Shown here: positions 1 through 9,605 of the stretch, piece after piece
Position numbering within the stretch: the stretch's first letter is position 1
How the letters are laid out: every line of letters starts with the position of its first letter
Source: Escherichia coli
GTDB taxonomy: Bacteria > Pseudomonadota > Gammaproteobacteria > Enterobacterales > Enterobacteriaceae
NCBI RefSeq assembly: GCF_013122565.1
Contig: NZ_CP053258.1
Strand: one strand, 5' to 3'
DNA: 64,000 nt
Notes under the pieces: generated by a model
Seen by the model: only the letters and a program-made list of their open reading frames with translations
Database searches by the model: none
Told to the model about the DNA's origin: nothing
Translations under genes and position numbers: made by a program

Positions 1-286
1 TAACGAGATTGAAGATGTCGTCATGCAGCATCCTGGCGTACAAGAAGTCGCGGCTGTTGGCGTACCTTCCGGCTCCAGTGGTGAAGCGGTAAAAATCTTT
101 GTAGTGAAAAAAGATCCATCGCTTACCGAAGAGTCACTGGTGACTTTTTGCCGCCGTCAGCTCACGGGCTACAAAGTACCGAAGCTGGTGGAGTTTCGTG
201 ATGAGTTACCGAAATCTAACGTCGGAAAAATTTTGCGACGAGAATTACGTGACGAAGCGCGCGGCAAAGTGGACAATAAAGCCTGA
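1..286 (+). CDS. fadD: Long-chain-fatty-acid--CoA ligase, C-terminal end (5-prime truncated by window edge)
   Basis: Open frame from window start; C-terminus ...[20 protein letters not shown] typical of acyl-CoA synthetase; followed by rnd as in E. coli. Confidence 0.85.
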
Positions 287-304
287 GCGTTAAGTCAGTC
301 GTCA

Positions 305-331
305 GACGCCGGTTAATCCGGCGTTTTTTTT
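305..331 (+). terminator. Intrinsic terminator after fadD
   Basis: GC stem acgccgg/ccggcgt with 5-nt loop followed by T8 run. Confidence 0.6.
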
Positions 332-355
332 GACGCCCACTAAAGAGAATACAAT

Positions 356-1483
356 TTGAATTACCAAATGATTACCACGGACGATGCGCTGGCTTCTTTG
401 TGTGAAGCCGTCCGTGCCTTTCCGGCGATAGCCCTGGATACTGAATTTGTTCGTACGCGCACTTATTACCCGCAGCTGGGGTTGATTCAACTTTTCGATG
501 GCGAGCATCTGGCGCTAATTGATCCTCTCGGGATCACCGACTGGTCACCGCTGAAAGCGATCCTGCGCGATCCGTCCATCACAAAATTTCTCCATGCAGG
601 CAGTGAAGATCTGGAAGTGTTCCTCAATGTCTTTGGCGAATTACCACAACCCTTGATTGACACGCAAATCCTTGCTGCCTTCTGCGGACGCCCGATGTCA
701 TGGGGTTTCGCTTCCATGGTGGAAGAGTATTCCGGCGTTACGCTGGACAAGAGTGAATCGCGCACCGACTGGCTGGCCAGACCGCTGACCGAACGTCAGT
801 GTGAATACGCAGCGGCGGATGTCTGGTATCTGTTACCGATCACCGCCAAGCTTATGGTAGAAACGGAGGCCTCCGGCTGGCTACCTGCGGCGCTGGATGA
901 ATGCCGCCTGATGCAAATGCGTCGTCAGGAAGTCGTTGCGCCGGAAGATGCCTGGCGTGATATCACCAATGCCTGGCAGTTACGCACACGCCAACTGGCC
1001 TGTCTGCAACTGTTAGCCGACTGGCGACTGCGCAAGGCGCGAGAGCGCGATCTGGCGGTGAACTTTGTCGTGCGTGAAGAGCATTTGTGGTCGGTAGCGC
1101 GTTATATGCCGGGAAGTTTAGGCGAACTGGACAGCCTGGGTTTATCCGGTAGCGAAATCCGCTTTCACGGTAAAACGCTGCTGGCGCTGGTGGAAAAAGC
1201 GCAGACATTGCCGGAAGAGGCCTTACCGCAGCCGATGCTTAACCTGATGGACATGCCGGGTTATCGTAAAGCGTTTAAAGCGATTAAGTCGCTGATTACT
1301 GACGTGAGCGAAACGCACAAGATCAGCGCCGAATTGCTGGCATCGCGTCGGCAAATCAACCAACTGCTGAACTGGCACTGGAAACTGAAACCGCAGCACA
1401 ATTTGCCGGAGCTGATTTCCGGCTGGCGTGGTGAGCTGATGGCGGAAGCATTACACAATTTATTGCAGGAATATCCGCAGTAA
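356..1483 (+). CDS. rnd: Ribonuclease D
   Basis: 375-aa ORF, DEDDy exonuclease plus HRDC features; starts at TTG, consistent with the known UUG initiation of rnd. Confidence 0.92.
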   Translation: MNYQMITTDDALASLCEAVRAFPAIALDTEFVRTRTYYPQLGLIQLFDGEHLALIDPLGITDWSPLKAILRDPSITKFLHAGSEDLEVFLNVFGELPQPLIDTQILAAFCGRPMSWGFASMVEEYSGVTLDKSESRTDWLARPLTERQCEYAAADVWYLLPITAKLMVETEASGWLPAALDECRLMQMRRQEVVAPEDAWRDITNAWQLRTRQLACLQLLADWRLRKARERDLAVNFVVREEHLWSVARYMPGSLGELDSLGLSGSEIRFHGKTLLALVEKAQTLPEEALPQPMLNLMDMPGYRKAFKAIKSLITDVSETHKISAELLASRRQINQLLNWHWKLKPQHNLPELISGWRGELMAEALHNLLQEYPQ

Positions 1484-1489
1484 AATCTT

Positions 1490-1532
1490 CCGAAGCCGGA
1501 CTGGGCGCGCTCAGCGCCACATCCGGCTTCGG
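1490..1532. terminator. GC-rich stem-loop between convergent rnd and yeaX remnant
   Basis: ccgaagccgga ... tccggcttcgg inverted repeat with internal GC hairpin; no clean T-run. Confidence 0.35.
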
Positions 1533-1536
1533 CAAA

Positions 1537-2016
1537 CTACAAATCCAACACCAGGCGTTTACCCTTCGCACGCGAACAACAGATCAACATACTTTGCTGG
1601 CTGGCACGCTCTTCATCGCTAAAATACTGATCCCGATGGTCAGCTTCACCTTCCAGTATTGCCGTTTCGCAGGTTCCGCATACCCCTTCACGACATAAAC
1701 ATTCCACTTTCGCGGCTTTATTATTTTCAATAACCTGCAAAATAGTCATCTCTTCCGGCACCACAAACTCTTTTCCGGAACGGGCAAGCACCAGGGTAAA
1801 TGCATCGCCGGTTTTGTCTTCGATAGCAAATTGCTCAAAGTGCAGCGTATCGGCGGCGATGTCCAGACGCGCAGCTTCACTTCTTACCGCTTCAATTAGC
1901 GCCTCGGGGCCACAGGTATAAACGTGTGTGCCAGGTTCGATATCCGCCATTGACATCCTCCACGTCCTGAAGGACGAGGAGGATGTCAATGGCAGGGTAT
2001 GAGTTGTATATTGCAT
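1537..2016 (-). pseudogene. yeaX: 3-prime remnant of yeaX-type oxidoreductase (end of NAD-binding domain plus 2Fe-2S ferredoxin domain); N-terminal two thirds missing
   Basis: 159-aa ORF with CGP motif and CxxGxCGTC...C ferredoxin motif; full-length class is about 320 aa; N-terminus of the ORF is translated palindrome (PLTSSSSFRTWRMSM). Confidence 0.6.
1947..1992. repeat. 46-bp near-perfect palindrome (22-bp arms, 1 mismatch, 2-nt centre)
   Basis: ccattgacatcctccacgtcct-ga-aggacgaggaggatgtcaatgg read directly and checked against its reverse complement. Confidence 0.85.
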
Positions 2017-2138
2017 TTAACGAATTAATTATTTTTGTGTTATATAAATTAAACAATTAAGAATTCGGAAAGCCATAAAACACGAAACGGAAACAATAAA
2101 AGGTGAAATGACGCAGGTTATTAACTGCAAAGAACGAA

Positions 2139-2163
2139 TAAAAAAACCGCGTCAGTGACGCGG
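2139..2163 (-). terminator. Intrinsic terminator downstream of dmlA
   Basis: On minus strand: stem ccgcgtc/gacgcgg followed by T7. Confidence 0.6.
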
Positions 2164-2184
2164 TTCAAATAAACTGGTTTGACC

Positions 2185-3270
2185 TTAACGCAAAATAATT
2201 TTGCAAATCGCGTCGGCAACCTGTGGCGTGGTGGCACTGCCTTTCATATCCGGTGTTTTCGGCCCGTGAGCAATCACTTCTTCAATCGCTGCCAGAATAC
2301 CGTTATGCGCTTGCTGGAAACGCTCATCGCCATTGCCGAGAAAATCGAGCATCATTGCACCGGCCCAAATTGTGGCGATAGGGTTAGCAATATTTTTCCC
2401 GTAGATATCCGGCGCGGAACCGTGGACAGGCTCGAAGAGCGACGGGAAAGTGCGTTCCGGATTCAGGTTGGCGGATGGGGCAATGCCAATGGTGCCGGTG
2501 CAGGCCGGGCCAAGATCGGAAAGGATATCGCCAAACAAATTGGACGCCACTACCACATCGAAGCGTTCCGGCTGCATCACAAAACGCGCGCAGAGAATAT
2601 CAATATGCTGCTTGTCCCACCGGATCTCCGGATAATTCTCGGCCATTGCTTCCACTCGCTCATCCCAGTACGGCATGCTGATGGCTAAACCGTTCGATTT
2701 AGTGGCAGAAGTTAGTGTCTTACGTGGGCGGCTTTGCGCAAGTTCGAAGGCATAACGCAAAATGCGATCGACACCACGACGCGTAAATACCGATTCCTGA
2801 ATGACGACTTCATGCTCTGTACCTTCATTCACTCTACCGCCGAGCGAGGAATATTCGCCTTCGGTGTTTTCCCTGACCACGTAAAAATCGATGTCGCCAG
2901 GCTGTTTTCCCGCCAGCGGGCAGGGAACGCCAGGAAAGAGACGAACCGGGCGCAGATTGACGTACTGGTCGAATTCACGACGAAATTTCAGCAGCGAACC
3001 CCACAACGAAATATGGTCCGGAACGGTATCCGGCCAGCCGACGGCACCAAAATAGATGGCGTCGAAACGGCTAAGTTGCTCATGCCAGTCGTCCGGCATC
3101 ATTTTACCGTGATGGCTGTAATACTCGCAGCTCGCCCACTCCATTTGCTCAAAACTCAAGGCGAAGCCCCAGCGCTCAGCGGCAGCCTGTAACACGCGAA
3201 TCCCTTCAGGAAGGACTTCTTTGCCAATCCCGTCTCCCGGGATCGCAGCAATACGCATCGTTTTCATCAT
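2185..3270 (-). CDS. dmlA: D-malate / tartrate dehydrogenase (decarboxylating), isocitrate-isopropylmalate DH family
   Basis: 361-aa ORF; divergent from LysR regulator as at K-12 yeaU-yeaT. Confidence 0.9.
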   Translation of the reverse strand: MMKTMRIAAIPGDGIGKEVLPEGIRVLQAAAERWGFALSFEQMEWASCEYYSHHGKMMPDDWHEQLSRFDAIYFGAVGWPDTVPDHISLWGSLLKFRREFDQYVNLRPVRLFPGVPCPLAGKQPGDIDFYVVRENTEGEYSSLGGRVNEGTEHEVVIQESVFTRRGVDRILRYAFELAQSRPRKTLTSATKSNGLAISMPYWDERVEAMAENYPEIRWDKQHIDILCARFVMQPERFDVVVASNLFGDILSDLGPACTGTIGIAPSANLNPERTFPSLFEPVHGSAPDIYGKNIANPIATIWAGAMMLDFLGNGDERFQQAHNGILAAIEEVIAHGPKTPDMKGSATTPQVADAICKIILR

Positions 3271-3372
3271 TGGGTTCTCACTTCCTGACCATCAAAATTG
3301 ACAACATCACCATCCTATAATTGACTGAAAAGGAATTAATCCCCGTAACTGGTGAAACATAAAACACGAATC

Positions 3373-4296
3373 ATGAATAATTTACCGCTGCTGAATGATT
3401 TGCGCGTCTTTATGCTGGTGGCTCGCCGGGCTGGTTTTGCCGCCGTGGCGGAAGAACTGGGCGTTTCACCGGCGTTCGTCAGCAAGCGCATCGCCTTGCT
3501 GGAGCAAACGCTAAACGTGGTGTTGTTACACCGCACCACCCGCCGCGTCACCATTACCGAAGAAGGAGAGCGGATTTATGAATGGGCGCAGCGGATTTTG
3601 CAGGATGTCGGTCAGATGATGGACGAACTTTCTGACGTGCGTCAGGTGCCACAGGGGATGCTGCGTATTATCAGCAGCTTTGGTTTTGGACGACAGGTGG
3701 TGGCTCCGGCGTTATCAGCGCTGGCGAAGGCGTATCCGCAACTGGAATTACGTTTTGATGTGGAAGACCGGCTGGTCGATTTGGTCAATGAAGGTGTCGA
3801 TCTCGATATTCGCATTGGCGATGACATCGCCCCTAATTTAATCGCCCGCAAACTGGCGACCAATTACCGCATTCTCTGCGCGTCGCCGGAATTTATTGCG
3901 CAACATGGCGCGCCGAAACATTTAACCGATCTTTCTGCATTGCCGTGCCTGGTCATTAAAGAGCGCGATCATCCTTTTGGTGTCTGGCAATTACGCAATA
4001 AAGAAGGCCACCATGCGATTAAAGTCACCGGCCCACTGTCGTCTAATCATGGAGAAATTGTCCATCAGTGGTGTCTCGATGGGCAGGGGATTGCTCTGCG
4101 CTCCTGGTGGGATGTTAGCGAAAACATTGCCAGTGGTCATTTAGTGCAAGTGCTACCGGAATATTACCAGCCAGCGAACGTCTGGGCCGTTTATGTTTCA
4201 AGGCTGGCGACGTCAGCGAAAGTGCGGATAACGGTAGAATTTTTACGCCAGTATTTTGCCGAGCACTACCCGAATTTTTCACTGGAGCATGCCTGA
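3373..4296 (+). CDS. dmlR: LysR-family transcriptional regulator
   Basis: 307 aa from MNNLPLLNDLRVF; N-terminal HTH, LysR substrate domain. Confidence 0.9.
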   Translation: MNNLPLLNDLRVFMLVARRAGFAAVAEELGVSPAFVSKRIALLEQTLNVVLLHRTTRRVTITEEGERIYEWAQRILQDVGQMMDELSDVRQVPQGMLRIISSFGFGRQVVAPALSALAKAYPQLELRFDVEDRLVDLVNEGVDLDIRIGDDIAPNLIARKLATNYRILCASPEFIAQHGAPKHLTDLSALPCLVIKERDHPFGVWQLRNKEGHHAIKVTGPLSSNHGEIVHQWCLDGQGIALRSWWDVSENIASGHLVQVLPEYYQPANVWAVYVSRLATSAKVRITVEFLRQYFAEHYPNFSLEHA

Positions 4297-4353
4297 TTAA
4301 TGATTCAATTATCGGGTTGATATCAGGTTAAAACCTGATTTTCTCCTTTCTAA

Positions 4354-5061
<708 letters not shown>

Positions 5062-5144
5062 TGCTTTCAGCCCGCGTTGTCGCGGGCTTCCCATCTGTAA
5101 TTCTCCCTGATTCTTCTTTGATACGGTGCTAAAAAGTAACCAAT

Positions 5145-5167
5145 AAATGGTATTTAAAATGCAAATT
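5145..5167 (+). promoter_or_regulatory. Putative NsrR operator upstream of yeaR-yoaG
   Basis: aaatggtatttaaaatgcaaatt contains the TGCATTTTAAATAC core of the NsrR inverted repeat (on reverse complement). Confidence 0.45.
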
Positions 5168-5233
5168 ATCAGGCGTACCCTGAAACGGCTGGAATAAACC
5201 GTTTTCAGCGCATTCACCGAAGGAGGGAAAAGG

Positions 5234-5593
5234 ATGCTGCAAATCCCACAGAATTATATTCATACGCGCTCAACGCCTTTCTGGAATAAACAAACTGCGC
5301 CTGCCGGAATATTCGAACGTCATCTTGATAAAGGAACGCGCCCGGGGGTTTACCCACGCCTTTCCGTTATGCATGGGGCGGTCAAATATCTCGGCTACGC
5401 TGATGAACACAGTGCAGAGCCTGATCTGGTGATCCTTATCGAAGCGGGGCAGTTTGCGGTGTTCCCTCCAGAAAAGTGGCACAACATTGAAGCCATGACT
5501 GACGATACTTATTTCAACATTGACTTCTTCGTTGCTCCTGAAGTCCTGATGGAAGGCGCGCAACAACGGAAAGTCATTCATAACGGGAAATGA
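5234..5593 (+). CDS. yeaR: DUF1971 protein
   Basis: 119-aa ORF, position matches yeaR. Confidence 0.85.
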   Translation: MLQIPQNYIHTRSTPFWNKQTAPAGIFERHLDKGTRPGVYPRLSVMHGAVKYLGYADEHSAEPDLVILIEAGQFAVFPPEKWHNIEAMTDDTYFNIDFFVAPEVLMEGAQQRKVIHNGK

Positions 5594-5596
5594 ATC

Positions 5597-5779
5597 ATGG
5601 GCAAAGCAACGTATACCGTGACCGTCACCAATAACAGCAATGGCGTTTCTGTCGATTATGAAACAGAGACGCCGATGACTTTGCTGGTGCCAGAAGTGGC
5701 GGCTGAAGTGATAAAAGATCTGGTGAATACCGTGCGTTCTTATGACACGGAAAACGAACATGATGTTTGTGGTTGGTAA
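5597..5779 (+). CDS. yoaG: Small protein DUF1869
   Basis: 60-aa ORF 3 nt after yeaR. Confidence 0.85.
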   Translation: MGKATYTVTVTNNSNGVSVDYETETPMTLLVPEVAAEVIKDLVNTVRSYDTENEHDVCGW

Positions 5780-5926
5780 TTATCACTGATCGTTGATGGC
5801 GCAATTTCTGCGCCATCGCAAAAAAATCCTCCGTGATGCTCGTCACAAATCTTGCCCTCCCGATGTTGTGCTATGCTTTTTATCAGCGACTAACCCGCTA
5901 ATGCAAAACAGATAAGTGAGGAAACA

Positions 5927-6175
5927 ATGGGTATTCTGTCATGGATTATTTTTGGGCTTATTGCCGGTATTCTGGCGAAGTGGATCATGCCAGGTAAAGA
6001 TGGTGGTGGATTCTTTATGACTATCCTGCTGGGAATAGTCGGTGCCGTAGTCGGCGGATGGATCAGCACGCTGTTTGGCTTTGGTAAAGTCGATGGCTTC
6101 AATTTTGGCAGCTTCGTGGTTGCCGTTATTGGTGCGATTGTCGTGCTATTTATCTACAGGAAGATTAAAAGTTAA
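5927..6175 (+). CDS. yeaQ: Transglycosylase-associated (GlsB/YeaQ/YmgE) membrane protein
   Basis: 82 aa, Gly-rich TM helices. Confidence 0.88.
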   Translation: MGILSWIIFGLIAGILAKWIMPGKDGGGFFMTILLGIVGAVVGGWISTLFGFGKVDGFNFGSFVVAVIGAIVVLFIYRKIKS

Positions 6176-6189
6176 CGCGTAAATTGCAC

Positions 6190-6223
6190 AAAGGCTGCAC
6201 ACAGGCAGCCTTTGCTATTTTTT
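6190..6223 (+). terminator. Intrinsic terminator after yeaQ
   Basis: aaaggctgc-acacag-gcagccttt followed by gctatttttt. Confidence 0.55.
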
Positions 6224-6233
6224 AGAGGTGACG

Positions 6234-6308
6234 TTACCACCATCCCAGCTCAGTGCCGAGTACGACAATAATCGCCACACCCATCATAATGATCGTTGTT
6301 TTTTTCAT
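6234..6308 (-). CDS. yoaJ: 24-aa small membrane protein
   Basis: Minus-strand translation MKKTTIIMMGVAIIVVLGTELGWW; below ORF-track length cutoff. Confidence 0.8.
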   Translation of the reverse strand: MKKTTIIMMGVAIIVVLGTELGWW

Positions 6309-6310
6309 CT

Positions 6311-6409
6311 TTATGCTCCCGGGGCAGCATAGCCGCCAATAAAAAACCATGCTAAAAATACGACCGCTGTAATGAAGATTACAACCGGAAAAATAATACC
6401 GATTCGCAT
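6311..6409 (-). CDS. yoaK: 32-aa small membrane protein
   Basis: Minus-strand translation MRIGIIFPVVIFITAVVFLAWFFIGGYAAPGA, immediately upstream of yoaJ. Confidence 0.8.
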   Translation of the reverse strand: MRIGIIFPVVIFITAVVFLAWFFIGGYAAPGA

Positions 6410-6441
6410 GTTATCACCAATCAAAAGGATGTGAATACGCC

Positions 6442-7467
6442 TCAGGAATGTAGCGCTGGATGCGCGACAAAAGGTGTTTTCTGTTTGTGTTTTTTCTCCT
6501 GATACATCGCGATATCGGCAGCATGCAGGGCACTGTCTGCATCGGTTGTTTCAGGATCGACTTCTACTATGCCAAGACTGGCACCAGGATAATACAAATC
6601 AACATCACCTAAGTGATATTCTCCGCGTATTTGCTGCTGAATACGTTCTCGCAGCGACGAAATATCCGCATTCTCGTTGTTCAGTGAAACAACCAAAAAC
6701 TCATCACCGCCGAGACGACCAATAACTTCGCCATTTTGCTGGAGCGTATTAAGGCGCTCGCCAACCTGAATGAGGAACAAATCACCACTATTATGACCAA
6801 AACGATCGTTGATTAATTTGAAGTTATCCAGATCGATAAACGCGATCATTATCTTATGGTTAAGATGCCGGGCGAGGGAAAACAGCGTCGTCAGATTTTC
6901 AAAAATCGCCCGCCGATTCGGTAGCCCGGTTAACGAGTCGGTATACGATTGCGCAATCAGCGCAGCATTGGCTTCGCGCAGCTGTTCAACCAACGCCTCT
7001 TTTTGAATATATTGTGCAATCAGTCCGGCGAATAACTGTAAAACCTGTTCCGCGCGTTCACTCCACTGGCGCTTCTCACTGCTGGCGGCGCAAAGCGTGC
7101 CATAGAATGATCCATCCGGTAAGTGAATTGGCGTGCTCAGAAATGTGGTGATGCCAAGATTGCGTGCCGCAATACAGTCGCCCCAACGGTCAGGGACTTC
7201 ATCGCTGAAAAAGCAGTTTTCATCAATGGCGCGTTTGCATAACGAGTAATCCCACGAGACGGTAAAATTCTCCGGGATGTGCATTTTCTGGCTGTTACGG
7301 GCAAACATAATATGCTGCAGGCGCGCTTCGACATCCACTTTGGTCAGGTAGGTTGATTCCATATCAGTGACCATTTCCAGCATCTCCAGAAGCTGTCGGA
7401 CCAGACTTTCCAGTGACTGTTCTTTGGCAAGGGATTGCGAGACGCGGTCGATGATCTGATCTGACAC
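6442..7467 (-). CDS. dgcP: Diguanylate cyclase (GAF-like N-domain plus GGDEF)
   Basis: GGDEF motif (RLGGDEF); 341 aa from GTG start preceded by ggag. Confidence 0.88.
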   Translation of the reverse strand: MSDQIIDRVSQSLAKEQSLESLVRQLLEMLEMVTDMESTYLTKVDVEARLQHIMFARNSQKMHIPENFTVSWDYSLCKRAIDENCFFSDEVPDRWGDCIAARNLGITTFLSTPIHLPDGSFYGTLCAASSEKRQWSERAEQVLQLFAGLIAQYIQKEALVEQLREANAALIAQSYTDSLTGLPNRRAIFENLTTLFSLARHLNHKIMIAFIDLDNFKLINDRFGHNSGDLFLIQVGERLNTLQQNGEVIGRLGGDEFLVVSLNNENADISSLRERIQQQIRGEYHLGDVDLYYPGASLGIVEVDPETTDADSALHAADIAMYQEKKHKQKTPFVAHPALHS

Positions 7468-7649
7468 GAAACAACTCCAGGATACGGCGGGTAAATGCTG
7501 ATTATTTAATCTTTGCAGGCATGATAAAACATCATCAACAAAGATGAAACAATGCGTAATATGATTTGAGTGAATGTAATAAAAATAGTGCTGCAAAACA
7601 AAACGATACCGCGATACTCTAAGTCTGGATAAATATGTGAGATCAATAA

Positions 7650-7904
7650 ATGAAAATTATCAGTTTTGTTCTGCCTTGCTTGCTGGTCCTGGCTGGTTGT
7701 TCAACCCCTTCTCAGCCAGAAGCACCCAAACCGCCGCAGATTGGTATGGCAAATCCGGCGTCGGTCTATTGCCAGCAGAAGGGCGGGACGCTCATTCCAG
7801 TGCGGACAGCGCAAGGGGTCAGCAACAATTGCAAATTACCGGGCGGTGAAACGATTGATGAATGGGCATTGTGGCGACGGGACCATCCGGCTGGTGAAAA
7901 ATAA
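7650..7904 (+). CDS. yoaF: Lipoprotein DUF333
   Basis: 84 aa, signal peptide with lipobox LAGC. Confidence 0.85.
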   Translation: MKIISFVLPCLLVLAGCSTPSQPEAPKPPQIGMANPASVYCQQKGGTLIPVRTAQGVSNNCKLPGGETIDEWALWRRDHPAGEK

Positions 7905-7925
7905 CCGCCGGATGCTGTACTAAAA

Positions 7926-8273
7926 TCACAAGCTACGTAGCCAGTCGGCCAGCACCAGCGCATGGTTCTGCGTGGTGTTTTTGGCTGAGTAGAGCAGGGT
8001 CAGCGGCTGTTTTTTGGCGATGTCCGCCAGCCGCTTTCCTTCTTGCTCGTGTTGCGCCAGTTCTGCAAGATATTGCTCGCGAAAGGTTGCAAAATCGACG
8101 ACTTCGCCGTGAAAGGCTTTGCGCAGTTCCGTTGACGGTGTGATTTCTTTATCCCACTCATCAAGGGCTAAATCGGTTTTTTTGATACCGCGCGGCCAGA
8201 GGCGGTCGACCAGTACGCGATAACCATCGCTCTGTTCAGCCGGATCATAAACGCGTTTGCACTGAATATTCAT
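7926..8273 (-). CDS. yeaO: DUF488 protein
   Basis: 115 aa from MNIQCKRVYD. Confidence 0.85.
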   Translation of the reverse strand: MNIQCKRVYDPAEQSDGYRVLVDRLWPRGIKKTDLALDEWDKEITPSTELRKAFHGEVVDFATFREQYLAELAQHEQEGKRLADIAKKQPLTLLYSAKNTTQNHALVLADWLRSL

Positions 8274-8327
8274 CGTGTTTGTTCTCCCTTTCACGCATGA
8301 TTTGTCACGTCACTATAGCACCGGATA

Positions 8328-9509
8328 TTAGCGAATTTCTTTGTCTCTCCCGGCGCAAAGTCCGAAAATCGCCATCAGTAGTGACAGTATTGCAACACCC
8401 ATCAGTGGTGCGGACCAGTCACCGATAGCATCGTGTATTTTCCCCATCAGCGGCGGCCCACAGGCTGCCAGCAAATACCCGACGGATTGTGCCATCCCCG
8501 AGAGTGCCGCCGCCTGATGCGCAGAACTAGCCCGCAGACCAATGAACGTCAATCCCAGTATCATTGCTGCGCCGGAACCAAAGCCGAAAAGCAGAGTCCA
8601 GGTGATCGCGTGCGCTGGCATAAAGCAGAGCCCAACCGCGCCCACTGCGCACATCAAGGCAACGAACGCTGCAATACCACGCTGATCTTTCACATGATGT
8701 AAGAAAAGAGGGATCAGCAAACCGGGCGCTGCTGTGGCTAGTTGCAGCAAACCATGCAGTGAACCCGCCTGTGCTTCGCTATAGCCGTGACTGATGAGGA
8801 TCGCCGGAAGCCAGCCAATAATCACGTAATAGACCAGTGAGTTGATCCCAAGAAACAATGTTACCTGCCAGGCAAGCGGCGAACGCCAGATACCCCGAGT
8901 ATGTAAGGCGCGTGAAGTACTCAAATTTGCATGTTGTTGGCTTCGCCACTGTGGCAGCCATAAAAAAAGAGCCAGCAGAGGAAAACACATCAGCATGAGC
9001 AAGGCGCCTTGCCAGCCAAAACCGTTCAAAGCCAGCGGCACTACCATAGCCGATCCCAGGGCCGCCGCAGCTCCCATTGTCAGGGAATATGCGCCGGTAA
9101 GTCTGGCGACGGAATGAGGGAAATCGCGTTTAATTAATCCTGGCAGTAAGACATTACCTAATGCAATCCCACCACCAATGACCGCTGTACCGCCAAATAA
9201 TAAGTAAGGCGAAGGGAGAGAGCGAATTGCGATACCTGCACAGATCAAAAGTAACGCGGCAAACAGGCTACGTTCCATACCAAAACGTCGCGCCACCGGG
9301 GCAGCCAGAGGTGAGATTAGCGCAAAGGCCAATAATGGCAGGGTGGTTAATAAGCCGGTTTGCGCCGTCGTCAGCGAGTAAGCGGAACGAATCGTATCGA
9401 GTAACGGTGCTGCGCCGGTGAAGGTGACGCGTAATGTTGTGGCAATCATTAGAATGCCAGCGATAAGGACAATCCTGTTTTTGCCGCTTAATGAAGTTGA
9501 ACAGGTCAT
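8328..9509 (-). CDS. yeaN: MFS transporter
   Basis: 393-aa multi-TM ORF; convergent neighbour AraC regulator. Confidence 0.88.
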   Translation of the reverse strand: MTCSTSLSGKNRIVLIAGILMIATTLRVTFTGAAPLLDTIRSAYSLTTAQTGLLTTLPLLAFALISPLAAPVARRFGMERSLFAALLLICAGIAIRSLPSPYLLFGGTAVIGGGIALGNVLLPGLIKRDFPHSVARLTGAYSLTMGAAAALGSAMVVPLALNGFGWQGALLMLMCFPLLALFLWLPQWRSQQHANLSTSRALHTRGIWRSPLAWQVTLFLGINSLVYYVIIGWLPAILISHGYSEAQAGSLHGLLQLATAAPGLLIPLFLHHVKDQRGIAAFVALMCAVGAVGLCFMPAHAITWTLLFGFGSGAAMILGLTFIGLRASSAHQAAALSGMAQSVGYLLAACGPPLMGKIHDAIGDWSAPLMGVAILSLLMAIFGLCAGRDKEIR

Positions 9510-9605
9510 ATGCTTCTCATTGTTACAAACGAGGCTGTACCTTACCGTTTTTATTGTTATGTTGAATCAAGCTAAAATGACAAATTATCGCTAAATTCGG
9601 ACAAA

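Noticed and set aside
1947-1992. Palindrome as a terminal inverted repeat of an IS or MITE
   Set aside because: No transposase ORF, no second copy in the window and no target-site duplication; better explained as a deletion-junction hairpin
2179-3192. Plus-strand ORFs of 169 and 152 aa
   Set aside because: Antisense within dmlA; no independent signals
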